This document shows positions 53,277 to 64,000 of a stretch of 64,000 nt of DNA, in pieces. Position numbers and translations under genes: made by a program. The stretch comes from Camelus dromedarius (lineage: Eukaryota), in assembly GCF_036321535.1 (NCBI RefSeq), contig NC_087472.1, positions 93,188,001 through 93,252,000 on the forward strand, given 5' to 3'. Below the pieces are notes generated by a model that worked only from the letters and a program-made list of their open reading frames with translations, was not told the DNA's origin and did no database searches. Each line of letters starts with the position of its first letter. The first letter of the stretch is position 1.

Positions 53277-53754
53277 TGTGGTAGACTGAATAATGGCTCC
53301 TAAAGATATCAAGTCTTAATCTCTGGAACGTGTAAATATAGAAACGGAGATTTTGCATCTGTGATTAAGTTATGGATGTTGAGACAGGGAGAGTAGCATG
53401 GCTTATCCAGGTGGAACCTAAATGTTATCAAAAGTATCCTTGTAAGGAAAGGCAAAGGGAGATTTGACACAGATGAGAAGGCAGCATTGTGACTATGGAG
53501 GCAGAGGTTAGAATGAGGTAGCTGAAAGCCCAGAAATACCCAAGGAATTCTAGGAGCCAGAAGCTGGAAGAGGCAAGGAATGAATGCTCCCCAGAGCTTC
53601 AGAGAGAAGTGTGACCCCTTCAACACCTTGATTTCTTCCTAGTGATAGCGATTTCAGACTTCTAGGCTCCGTTGCTCCAAACGAATAAATTTCTGCTGTT
53701 TCAAGCCACCACGTTTGTCATAATTTATTACGGCAGTCATAGAAAATTAACGTA
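53277..53754 (+). mobile_element. MaLR solo LTR (MLT1C/D-like) with 5-bp TSD
   Basis: tgtggtagactgaataatggctcc...gccagaagctggaagaggcaagg...; TSD gttga at 53272-53276 and 53755-53759. Confidence 0.9.
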
Positions 53755-53914
53755 GTTGATATTATAAATTTTCATGCATCCACACAAGAGCTCAGCAGGT
53801 ATACTTATTCTAGGAAATTGATGACAACTCCTGAAAATAAAAAATAAACTAAAAGTATGTTTAACATAGGTTTTGTTGGAAATGGCAATAAGCTTTTTAA
53901 GATTTTTTAATAAA

Positions 53915-54475
53915 ATTTTTATATTTTTAAGGTTTACAACATAATTATGATACATAGCGAAATGATTACCAGAGTCAAGCTAATTAACATATTATCCCTT
54001 CATAGTTACTTTTTTTGTGATGAGAGCAGCTGAAATCTATTCTCAGCAAAATTCCAGTACTCAATACAATATTATTAACTACGGTCATCATGCTACACAT
54101 TAGCTCTCTAGACTTAGTCATCTTACATAACCACACCTTTGTACCCTTTCACCAACATCTACCCATTTCCCCCACCTCCCCACTGGTAACCACCATTCTA
54201 TTCTCTACTTCTAGGTGTTTGACTTTTTTAGATTCTACATATAAGTGAGAGGTCATACAGTTTTTTCCTTTTTACGTCTGGCTTATTTCACTTAGCATAA
54301 GGTCCTCCAGACCTATTTATGGTGTTGCAAATGGCAACAGGATTGCCCTCATGTCCTTCTATTTTAAAGCTGAATAATATCCCTGAGTGTGTGAATCGTA
54401 ACTTCTTTATTCATTCATCCGTTGATATACACAGTTTGTTTCCATATCTTGGCTATTGTGAATAATGCTGCAGTG
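53915..54475 (-). mobile_element. L1MA-like 3' end
   Basis: aaggtttacaacataattatgatac...gaaatgattaccagagtcaagctaattaac...tccatatcttggctattgtgaataatgctgcagtg. Confidence 0.88.
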
Positions 54476-55419
54476 GTCAGTTGGGGAAACTGTAGTCCAT
54501 TAGTAATGATTGCTCCAACCTGTGGCATTAGGGAGAAGAGTTGATAAGGAGATAGTACTTGGAAGAAAGCAGCAGTAGAATCTTCTATTGTTTGGAAAAT
54601 ATCACTGGTAGGAAGGAGAAGACATGAATAAATACAGAGGATGGATGGATCACAGGATGAATGGCAAATTCCATGCTTACCTTTTATGAGAGATTTTATA
54701 TTTTTTGTACAAAGGCCTAGTTTGTTTCCCTGGTAACAGGCGTAGGTAGCAGGGCAGGTTAATACTGGCAGTAAGAATGCAAAGAAAGAAGCAATCCTAT
54801 CTTTCACAAATATAAAATAGTGGGTGCTCTATGTATATTAAAGCAACCAATGCTACTATAGCTTGTCATTGGCAGCTTTGTGGTCTGTGTCAGGACAATT
54901 TACAATTACTCTATCTTCACAGTCTTTAGCATATGTATGCTATCATTCCTGTTTCCTCTAGTTATCATCATCACAGTATTATTTGAGTGTATGTCCCCTT
55001 TAAAATGACTGAATTTTCATGTAGATTTTTAAAAAATATATTGACAATTTAAAATTAATTTAAAAATACTGTTACTTTTGACTTTACAAAGTGAAAGGTT
55101 TCTACTAGTTCCTCTCTCTTCCCATGCTAGTTTTCCCTTCTTTACTGAATCTGTACTAAGCATTTAATAAAAGTTGATGACAAGTCTTATGATTCAGTAG
55201 TTTAAACTTTCTGTCTGGTACTATTCCAGTCTTGATTGGATCACTTAGTGGGAGCTACAGGCTCTAATTTACCAGCTGTTTCACATACCAAAATCTTAGC
55301 TAGGCTTAAGTGTTTTTGGACCAGTGATCTTTTGAATCACTGTAATAGCCAGGACAACTAATATTAAATTTCCAGGTATAAGAAAACAGATATTGCCTTA
55401 AAAATCTAAGAGAACAGTA

Positions 55420-56054
55420 ATGTCTTACTTATCTATTGTTGCTTAACAAATGACCCCCTCTAAACATACTTTAAAACTTTAAATGACTCTAAGAGTTTAA
55501 AATGACATTTATTATCTCCTATTACTGTGAGTCAGGAATCCAGGCATAGCTTAGGTGGGTCCTTCTGCCCAGACTCGCACAGGGCTGCAATCAAGGGGTC
55601 AGCTGGGGCCTTAGTCATCTCAGGGTACAACTGGGGCATTAATTATCCACTCCCAAGCTGACTCTATGTTGTTGGCAGGCTTCATTGCCTTGCAGGCTGT
55701 TGAGCTGAGGGCCTCAATTCCTTGTTGGATTTTGGATGGAGGCTGCCCTCAGTTCCCTGCCACAGGGGCCTTTCCATAGGACAGCTCATAACATGGCAGT
55801 CTGTTTTATCAAAGTGAGCAAGTGAGAATAAGAGAGTCGGCAACAAGACAGAAGTCACTGTCTTGTAATCTTGAAAATGACATGCCATCATTTTTGCTGT
55901 ATTCTGTTAGAAGTGAATCACTAGGTTCAGCTCACACTCAAGGGGAAAGGATTACACAAAAATATAAATATTAGGGATTATGCAAGAGCTTAAATAGTAG
56001 GTGATGGGAGAGAGAGTATTAGGCACCATTTTAGAAGGCAGTCTAAGCCAGACA
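55420..56054 (-). mobile_element. MaLR LTR (MLT1F-like)
   Basis: ttatctattgttgcttaacaaa...gtcaggaatccaggcatagcttag...ctcacactcaaggggaaaggattacac. Confidence 0.8.
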
Positions 56055-56429
56055 CACTTTGTATTTTCCAGTTGAACAACAATGTAGGTGGGTCAATTTA
56101 CTGGGATTTGATTTGAATCAAATTACTTTTTTCTCAAATAACTCAGTTGCAAGGTAGTTGTTATTGGAGGATATGTGTATAGACATTGCTCTGATTTAAA
56201 AAAAAAAAAGGTGAATTTGTGTTATTTTAGTACACATCATCACCAAAAACAAAAAAAAGTAGTGGATTTAGCTTTCTAACAAACAGTACTTCTCTACCTC
56301 CCTTCCAACAAATCTGTTTCTTTAATTTTATTCTCATACTAGATTCTACTGATGAATCATATTATACCAAACTTCATCTAACCCATGATACAAAGTTACT
56401 ATATGTTGTAATTTCAAATTCATTTTAAA

Positions 56430-56760
56430 CTGAGACTATACATATATCTTCTGACAACCTTCCCAAGCAAGGATATACATACACATCAGCAAAACAAAGT
56501 CTATCTTGACATTATTTACATTTGAAAAACACATCACCATGTCCCTAAAGCTCTTTCTTGCTTTATTTTTCTAGATATCATTTTGTACCACCTGATATAT
56601 ATAACGACTTACTTCAGGAGTTATTCAGTGACTGTTTCCCCTTAGACTGTACATGCCATGAAGAAAAATCTTTTTTATTGGTATCTTTAATGCTAGAGCA
56701 AATTTGGGCACACAATAGAAACTGAAGAAATATTTGTTGACTAAATGAACTAATGAATGT
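56430..56760 (+). mobile_element. L2 3' fragment
   Basis: ttagactgtacatgccatgaag...ggcacacaatag...aaatatttgttgactaaatgaa. Confidence 0.6.
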
Positions 56761-57164
56761 CCACATATGCCTTGATTCCTTTACATTTGATTCCCAAGGT
56801 AATTCTTTCTATGCTTCTGCCAATTTCATACCAGTCTTTCAGAACATGCTGGAAAATTATTTCTATAGTTTACAGGAAATCTTGTAATGTTCTTTCCAGG
56901 AATTTAGTATTTCTCATTAAAGGCTCATATGTGTCAGTTTCCTCAATTTCAAAGTAACAACAGAATTTTTCCCTTTGAAAATGTTTTAGGTGACTGCTGA
57001 ACTTTCTGGAACAAAGCCTGATAGAAACAAAAATAAACCACAAACAAAGTAACAAGTAAATAACCTTATTAAGCTTAAAGGGAAGACATTCTAAACATTC
57101 ATACTGTTTGATATTTTTAAGATTATGTTTATACAGTTTTTCTCTAGCTAAATATGTATATATA

Positions 57165-57510
57165 TATTTAATTGAAGTATAGTTGATTTACAATATTGTG
57201 TTACTTTCAGGTGTACAGCAGAGTGATTCACCTATATATACATTTTTCAGATTATTTTCCACTATAGTATTACAAGATACTGAATATAGTTACCTGCATT
57301 GTAAAGTAAATCCTTGTTGCTTACCTATTTTATTTATAATAGTTTGTATCTGTTAATCCCATACTCCCAACTTATCCCCCAACCTCTCCCTTTCTCCTTT
57401 GGAAACCATAAGTTTGTTTTCTAAGTCTGCGAGTCTGTGTCTGTTTTGTACATAGATTCACTTATTTTTAGATCCTACATATAAGTGGTATCATGTAATA
57501 TTTGTCTATG
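57165..57510 (-). mobile_element. Lineage L1 3' UTR, 5'-truncated
   Basis: aattgaagtatagttgatttacaatattgtgttactttcaggtgtacagcagagtgattc. Confidence 0.9.
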
Positions 57511-57620
57511 TATATATGTTTGTGTCAATCCATGATAGAAAGCAAAGAGATTGTCAAAAGGGTAAAAAAAACAAAACAAAATTAAAAGACATCTGATCAT
57601 GTGGTAGTTCTGTTTTTAGT

Positions 57621-59402
57621 TTTTTTTTCCAATTAAAGTACGATCACTTACAATGTGTCAATTTCTGGTGTACAGCACAATGTCCAAGTCATACATATAC
57701 ATATATTTGTTTTCATATTTTTCATTAAAGGTTATTGCAAGATATTGAACATAGTTTCATGTGCTATACAGCAGAAACTTTAAAAAAAATCTGTTTTTTA
57801 TATATAGTGGCTAACATTTGTAAATCTCAAACTTAAATCTATCCCTTTCCACCCCCTTTCTCCAGTAACTGTAAGATTGTTTACTAAGTCTGCAAGTCTG
57901 TTTCTGTTTTGTATATGAGTTCACAGTCTTTTTTTTTTTTTTTTTGAGATTCCACACATGAGTGATATCATAAGGTATTTTTCTTTCTCTTTCTGGCTTA
58001 CTTCACTTAGAATGATGATCTCTAGGTCCATCCATGTTGCTGCAAATGGCATTATTTTATTCCTTTTTATGGCTGAGAAGTATTCCATTGTGTAAATATA
58101 CCACAACTTCTTGAGTCCTCTGTGGATGGCATTTAGGTTGTTTCCATATCTGTATGTAGTGCTGCTATGAACATTGGGGTGCACAAGTCTTTTTGAATTA
58201 GAGATCCCTCTGGATATATGCCTTGAAGTGGGATTGCTGGCTCATATGGTAAGTCTATTTTTCTTTTTTTGAGGTATCTCCATATCGTTTCCCAGAATGG
58301 TTGCACCAAACTACATCCCCACCAGCAGTGTAGGAGGGTTCCCTTTTCTTCACACCCTCTCCAGCATTTATCATTTGTGGAATTTTGAATGATGGCCACT
58401 CTGACTGGTGTGAGGTGATACTTAATTGTAGTTCTGATTTGCATTTCTTTGATAATTAGCAATACTGAGCATTTTTTACCTGTGCTATTGGCCATTTGTA
58501 TGTCTTCACTGGAGAATTACTTGTTTAGGTCTGCCCATCTTTGGATTGGGTTGTTTGTCTTTTTGTTATTCAGTTGTATGAGCTGTTTATATATTCTGGA
58601 AATTAAGCCTTTGTCAGTTGCATCATTTGCAAATATTTTCTCCTATTCCATAGGTTGTCATTTTATTTTGCTTATGGTTTCTTTTGCTGTGCAAAAGCTT
58701 ATGTTTAATTAGGTCCCATTTTAAAATTTTTGCTCTTATTTCTATTACCTGGGTAGACTGCCCTAGGAGAACATTGATGAGATTTCTGTCAGAGAATGTT
58801 TTGCCTGTGTTTTCTTCTGAGAGGTTTATAGTGTCTTGTCTTATATTTAAGTCTTTAAGCTATTTTGAGTTTATTTTTGTGTATGGAGTGAGGGAGTGTT
58901 CTAACTTCATTGATTTACATGCTGCTGTCCAGTTTTCCCAACACCACTTGCTGAAGAGACTGTCTTTTCTCCATTGTATATTCTTGCCTCCTTTGTTGAA
59001 GATAAATTGACCATAGGTCTGTGGGTTCATTTCTGGGCTCTCTGTTCTGTTCCATTGATCTGTATGTCTGTTTTTATGTCAATACTACACTGTTTTGATT
59101 ACTGTAGCTCTGTATATTATCTGAAGTCTGGGAGGGTTATTCCTCCAGCTTTGTTATTTTTCTTCAGTATTGCTTTGGCAATTCTTCGTCTCTTGTTATT
59201 CCATATAAATTTTAGGATTGTTTGTTCTAGTTCTGTGAAAAATATCCTGGGCAGTTTGATAGGGATCACATTAAATCTGTAGATTGCCTTGGGCAGTATG
59301 GCCATTTTAACGATACTGATTCTTCTAATCCAAGAGCATGGGATATTTTTCCATTTCTTTAAGTCTTTAATTTCCTTAATCAATGTTTTGTAGTTCTCCA
59401 TC
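57621..59402 (-). mobile_element. Younger lineage L1, ~1.8 kb 5'-truncated, with frameshifted ORF2
   Basis: Minus-strand ORFs 57921, 58133 and 59117 are L1 ORF2-like ([60 protein letters not shown]); TSD tttttagtttt near 57613 and 59404. Confidence 0.93.
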
Positions 59403-59864
59403 ATTTTTAGTTTTCTGAGGAACCTCCATACTGTTTTCCATAGTGGCATATATTGTAAATCAACTATACTCTAAAAACTAAGAGACCTAAGCCTTTTTAT
59501 TCACGCAGAATACTTTGACTATTTATGAAGTTATTTTTCATTTAGGCACAAAGTTTTATCCCTTGAGATTGTTTTTCACTTTTATCTCATTTTTTAAATT
59601 ATTGAGGTATAACTGACATATAACTTTAATATTAGTTTCAGATGTATCACATGATTTGACATTTGTATATACTGTGAAATGATCACCACAATGTCTAGTT
59701 AACATCCATCATCATACATAGCTACAAATTTTTTTTCTTCTGAGAACTTTTTTACTTTTACAATCTTCTGTTTTTATTGTAAATCATTGATAAACTTCAT
59801 TTCTTTCACTTGTAAGACGTGCCCAAGGCAGTAAGAAAAACCTGCTATATCACGACGGTATCAA

Positions 59865-60090
59865 TTAAGAGTACAGACTAGTGTCAGGTAGTGCTCAGTC
59901 TGAAACCATCTCTTCCTTTACTATCTGTGGGACCTTGGGCAAATTATCTAGCTTCTCCCAGTTTTTCAGTCTGTAAAATGGGAACAAGATAGTACATACA
60001 TGAAACTGCTATTGAGAAGACAAAAGGAGTTAACACATGTAACATGCTAAGCACAGTGCCTAGCACATACTATATAAATGTTCTATTAAG
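59865..60090 (+). mobile_element. MIR SINE (inside the putative transduced segment)
   Basis: ttaagagtacagact...ctgtgggaccttgggcaaattatcta...tctgtaaaatgggaac...aagcacagtgcctagcacat. Confidence 0.8.
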
Positions 60091-60151
60091 ATCCTCTGGT
60101 TTAGAGACGCTGTAGCATTAAAAACCTTAGTTCAGAAACTAAGGCACTGAA

Positions 60152-60331
60152 AACCTTCTGTTTCCACCCACAGAGTAGAAACAGGTCTGGACACATCCTT
60201 CTATCATAACCAATTTTAAAACTGGACAAAATATATGAAATGTCTATTTTCAGACACTGGACAACAGGAAGCACAGGACTGTGGCCTGTGAGAGGGGAAA
60301 CAAATGAGATGAATCCTATGATTGCCCCAGC
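60152..60331 (+). mobile_element. Old L1M 5'-end-like fragment (inside the putative transduced segment)
   Basis: aaaactggacaaaatatatgaaa...ttttcagacactggacaacagg...gagaggggaaacaaatgagatgaatcctatgattgcccca. Confidence 0.65.
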
Positions 60332-60403
60332 TTTTAACTTTATTAAAGTATAGTCAATTTACAATGTTGTATTAGTTTCAGGTGTACAGCATAGTGATTA
60401 GGT

Positions 60404-60419
60404 TATATATATATATATA

Positions 60420-60465
<46 letters not shown>

Positions 60466-60477
60466 TATTATATATAT
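60404..60477. repeat. (TA)n-rich microsatellite
   Basis: Long TA runs with a short CA run. Confidence 0.9.
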
Positions 60478-61619
60478 TCTTTTTCAGATTCTTTCCATTA
60501 TAGCTTATTATGATATTGAATATAGTGCCCTGTGCTATGCAGTGGGTCCTTGTTTATCTATTTTATATAGTGTGTATATGTTAATCCCAAATTCCTGATT
60601 TATCCCTTTCCCCCATGATGAGAACTTTTAAGATCTGTTCTCTTACTAACATTCAAATATGCAACACAGTATTATTAACTATAGTCACTATGCTGTACAT
60701 TACATCCCTATGACTTCTTTCTTTTATAAATAGAACTTTGTACCTTTTGATCCCCTTCACCCATTTCACTTACCTCCCCTGCCTTGGGCAAACACCAATC
60801 TTCTGTTCTCTGTATCTATGAGCTTATTTTATTTTATTTTTTGATTCCACATATAAGTGAGATGATGCAGTGTTTGTTTCTCTGTCTGACCTATTTCATT
60901 TAGCATAATGCCCTCATGGTCCATCCATGTTGTCATAAATGGCAAGATTTCATTCTTTTTCATTGCTAAATAATAGCCCATTTTGTATATACACCAAGTT
61001 TTCTTTATCCATTCATACACTGATGGACACTTAGGTTGTTTCCATATCTTTGCTATTGTAAATAATACTGATATTAACATGGGGGTCCAGATAAATTTTC
61101 GAGTTAGTGTTTTTGTTTCCTACGTAAATACCCAGAAGTATAACTGCTGGGTCATACAGTGGCTTTATTTTTAGTTTTTTGAGGAACCTCTGTACTCTCT
61201 CCCCAATGGCTGCTCCAATTTACATTCCCACCAACAGTGAACAAGGGTTCCTTTTTTCCACCTCCTCACCAACATTTGTTACTTCTTGACTTTTTGATAA
61301 TAGCCATTCTAACAGGTGTGAGGTGTTAGCTCATTGTGGTTTAGACTGGATTAGTGATGCTAAGCATCTTTTCATGTGCCTGTTGGTCATCTGTACGTAT
61401 TCTTTAGAAAAATTTATTGTCTTAACTACTTTGGCTATAGACTCTTCCTTCCCATTGACTTGACTGACTAAAGGAATAATGTATTTCCCTACACAATTGT
61501 TTTCTTTAATCACCAAATTAAATGTTTTATTTAAAAAGTTAAACCAAAATATGAGAAAACATAATTGATATCATTCTCAATAATCACTAATTCCTGGGCC
61601 CTGTTTTTACCTCATATTT

Positions 61620-61870
61620 TCTAGCTCATGGTCACCAAATGGCTGCTGCATTGCCAGGTTCCACAGTGGCATGCCAGGCAGGGTTAAAGAAGAGGAAGAG
61701 GAAGCAATAGTAGACTTCTAATTATAGATCATTAGCCGTAAGTGTTTCACACACTCAGCCTTAGCTGCAAGGGAATCCAGGCAATCAAGTATTAATCTTT
61801 TACAGCCTCCACAGGAGAGGCAGGTAGAAGAGAAGAGAGTTGAAAATGAGGTCAGATAAGCTAACATACA
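61620..61870 (-). mobile_element. Old MaLR LTR fragment (MLT1K/L-like)
   Basis: ctcatggtcaccaaatggctgctgca...ccttagctgcaagggaatccaggcaa. Confidence 0.55.
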
Positions 61871-62574
61871 ATGGCAACTATATGCTTTCTATGTATAGTT
61901 TATATATACATATATACACATGTAGATATATACATTTAAATATATAACTTATTCAAATGTATACAATATATAATTTTATAACTTGGATGCTTATTTATTA
62001 GACATCTTTCCTAATTGGCCACATACAAATTTTATTCATACTTTGTAAAAGCACATATTATATGGATATATCATAATTATTTTAATCAGTTCTGATAGAT
62101 GGGCATTTATATATTTAGATGTTAGTACTGTTATCACTGTGCTACAGTGAATATCTTAAAACATATATCCTTTTGCACCTGTGTGAGTATATCTTCATGA
62201 TAAATTTCTTGAAATGTAATGGCTGAATTAAAAGGTGTGCACATTTTAAATCTCCTTAATGGGGATTTAAAGAGAGATAAAAGTGGTTTTGCAATTATAA
62301 TGGGAGGTGATATGTCCAATATTATATTAGATACAAAGGGCAGTTTCTAGTGAAAAATTCAGCAGCTTCCAGTATAACCTTGCATAGTGAAAAATGAAAT
62401 GCAAGTTGCTTCAAAACACTGTAAAATTTTGGAAGATAAAAGGATGATCTAAATCAGTAGGGGGAGTGTGGGTTGCAGGAGGAGCTTACATATTTATGAC
62501 TGGTTTAGAGGATGCCAATATATCTGTCTCAGGTATTGGTCCTTTAGCCCAGACTTTATGATGCATACAAATCA

Positions 62575-62690
62575 GCCATTAAAATTTGGGTTCTGAGCCT
62601 ACAGGTTCAGAATATGGCCTGAGATTCTGCATTCCTAGCGAGCTCCCAGGTGATGCTGATGCTGCTGGGCATGAGGCTTTAGGCAGCCTT
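62575..62690. mobile_element. MER5A-like fragment
   Basis: ggcctgagattctgcattcctagcgagctcccaggtgatgctgatgctgctgg. Confidence 0.75.
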
Positions 62691-63733
62691 CATGGGTCAG
62701 AAGTTGAGTTCTAAGGCAGGAGGAATACAAAGTACTAACTGTGGTTTGCACAAGGTAGCACCTTTGGGGAACACCATTCCAGGCAGGGCACCAAGCTACA
62801 CACACATCATTGTGTCACTGACACAGTGCCAATTCTAGATCATACTGATTGGTATCATCACCATCATTAGGAAATAACAGTGTTAGCAGTGGCTTATATG
62901 TGCTATATGTATTATATAACATAACAGACTTCTGGGCTTAGGGGTAAGATGTCATTGAAGCAAGAAGAGAAGGAATTGGAAGATAACTCTGTGGCTGATG
63001 ACAAAGCATTTGCGTGATCTCATGTAAAACAGCCATATGGATCTCCCGTAAATAACTTGGAGTAGGGTGAGATGGTGGAATTTGTAGCAGGTTGCATGTC
63101 TATAATAGCAGCTTGTGGCAAGGGTTATATATATATGAATAGTTACTATTATTCTGAAACCATTTAACCCCTGAGCAAATATGACTTCAAGAAACATAGG
63201 TTATTCTCTCCTTGCAAACTGCTGTCTGAAATCCATTAATTTGGGGTTCCATTTAGTGCAAAATTTTATTGGAAAATGAAGGTCAAGGGTGAATCATAAC
63301 TTTCTGGAGTTGAATTAGGAATACTTAAGGATGTATCTTATATTTCTTCTCATTGCTCCTACTAACTCACTCTCAAGTGCTCTCATTTACTGTTAGCAGA
63401 ATACTAATTTGAGAACAGACAAAATTTTTTCAGATAGAGACTTTCTATTTACTCAAGTATTCCAATGGAAATAGAACATATGGGAATAACAAAAGTCAAA
63501 GGATATTGTACCTCTCATTATGATATTTGGACAAGCCCATTTACATGTTCATTACTGCTGACCTAAGGACATTAGACAAGTATGCTCCATTATTCTGGCT
63601 TATAAATCATTAATTTTAATTTAAGTCACAAATTGGCAACCGGATGTGACCTAAAGTCCTGTCTTATTTGGCCAGTACAGTTTAATTTTTTAAAAATTTC
63701 CATTTGTAATCAACTTTTAAAAATATGAAGATA

Positions 63734-64000
63734 TCATTTCTGGGCTCTCTATTCTGTTCCGTTGGTCTATATGTCTGTTTTTGTACCAATACCATGCTGT
63801 CTTGATGACTGTAGCTCTATAGTATTGTCTGAAGTCTGGGAGAGTTAGTCCTCCAGCCTCTTTCCTTCTCTTCAGTAATGCTTTGGCAATTCTAGGTCTT
63901 TGATGGTTCCAAATAAATTTTATTATGATTTGTTCTAGTTCTGTGAAATATATCCTGGGTAATTTGATAAGGATTGAATTAAATCTGTAGATTCCCTTGG
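63734..64000 (-). mobile_element. Young lineage L1 ORF2 fragment running off the window end
   Basis: tcatttctgggctctctattctgttcc...tctgaagtctgggagagttagtcctccagc is homologous to 59027-59290. Confidence 0.9.

Larger units (their letters stand above)
59752..60618 (-). mobile_element. Young L1 3' end (60332-60615) with putative 3'-transduced flank (59762-60331)
   Basis: TSD tgagaactttt at 59741-59751 and 60619-60629; minus-strand AATAAA at 59773-59778 and a degenerate poly(A). Confidence 0.75.
59593..61412 (-). mobile_element. L1MA-like 3' end split by an ~870-bp insertion (59752-60618)
   Basis: The left part ends ...ttttcttctgagaactttt and the right part resumes tgagaacttttaagatc...; minus-strand ORF 60829 is the L1 ORF2 C-terminus. 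Confidence 0.85.

Noticed and set aside
54415..54807. 130-aa minus-strand ORF
   Set aside because: Non-ATG start, runs into an L1 fragment (AALFTIAKIWKQ), and has no recognisable domain.
57921..59449. L1 ORF2-like ORFs as functional CDS
   Set aside because: They are fragmented by frameshifts and stops within a 5'-truncated L1, and 59117..59449 is a junction chimera.

Overview
AT-rich, repeat-dense mammalian non-coding DNA. I could not support any protein-coding exon, RNA gene, CpG island or CRISPR-like array. The longer ORFs that are recognisable are decayed LINE-1 ORF2 fragments; the rest look like chance ORFs. Roughly half of the window is recognisable interspersed repeat: old L1M, L2 and MIR, MaLR/ERVL solo LTRs, Tigger and hAT-Charlie remnants, and younger L1 3' ends. 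The young L1 3' ends, together with no visible Alu, Bov-A/tA, PRE-1 or Can-SINE, suggest a cetartiodactyl, probably a camelid (inference). L1s lie mostly on the minus strand, which hints at an intron of a plus-strand gene. The most interesting structures are: (1) an apparent TSD-bounded L1 3' transduction at 59.75-60.62 kb; (2) an old ~290-bp duplicated module (9.1 and 11.3 kb) whose best-conserved core holds an AP-1 site in a 15-bp palindrome next to a TFAP2-type motif; (3) a recent 75-bp templated insertion copied from 1.27 kb away; (4) a twin-primed L1 interrupted by a second L1; and (5) a micro-inversion. I found no convincing new biological system. Repeat subfamily names are recalled from consensus sequences and boundaries are approximate unless a TSD is quoted.
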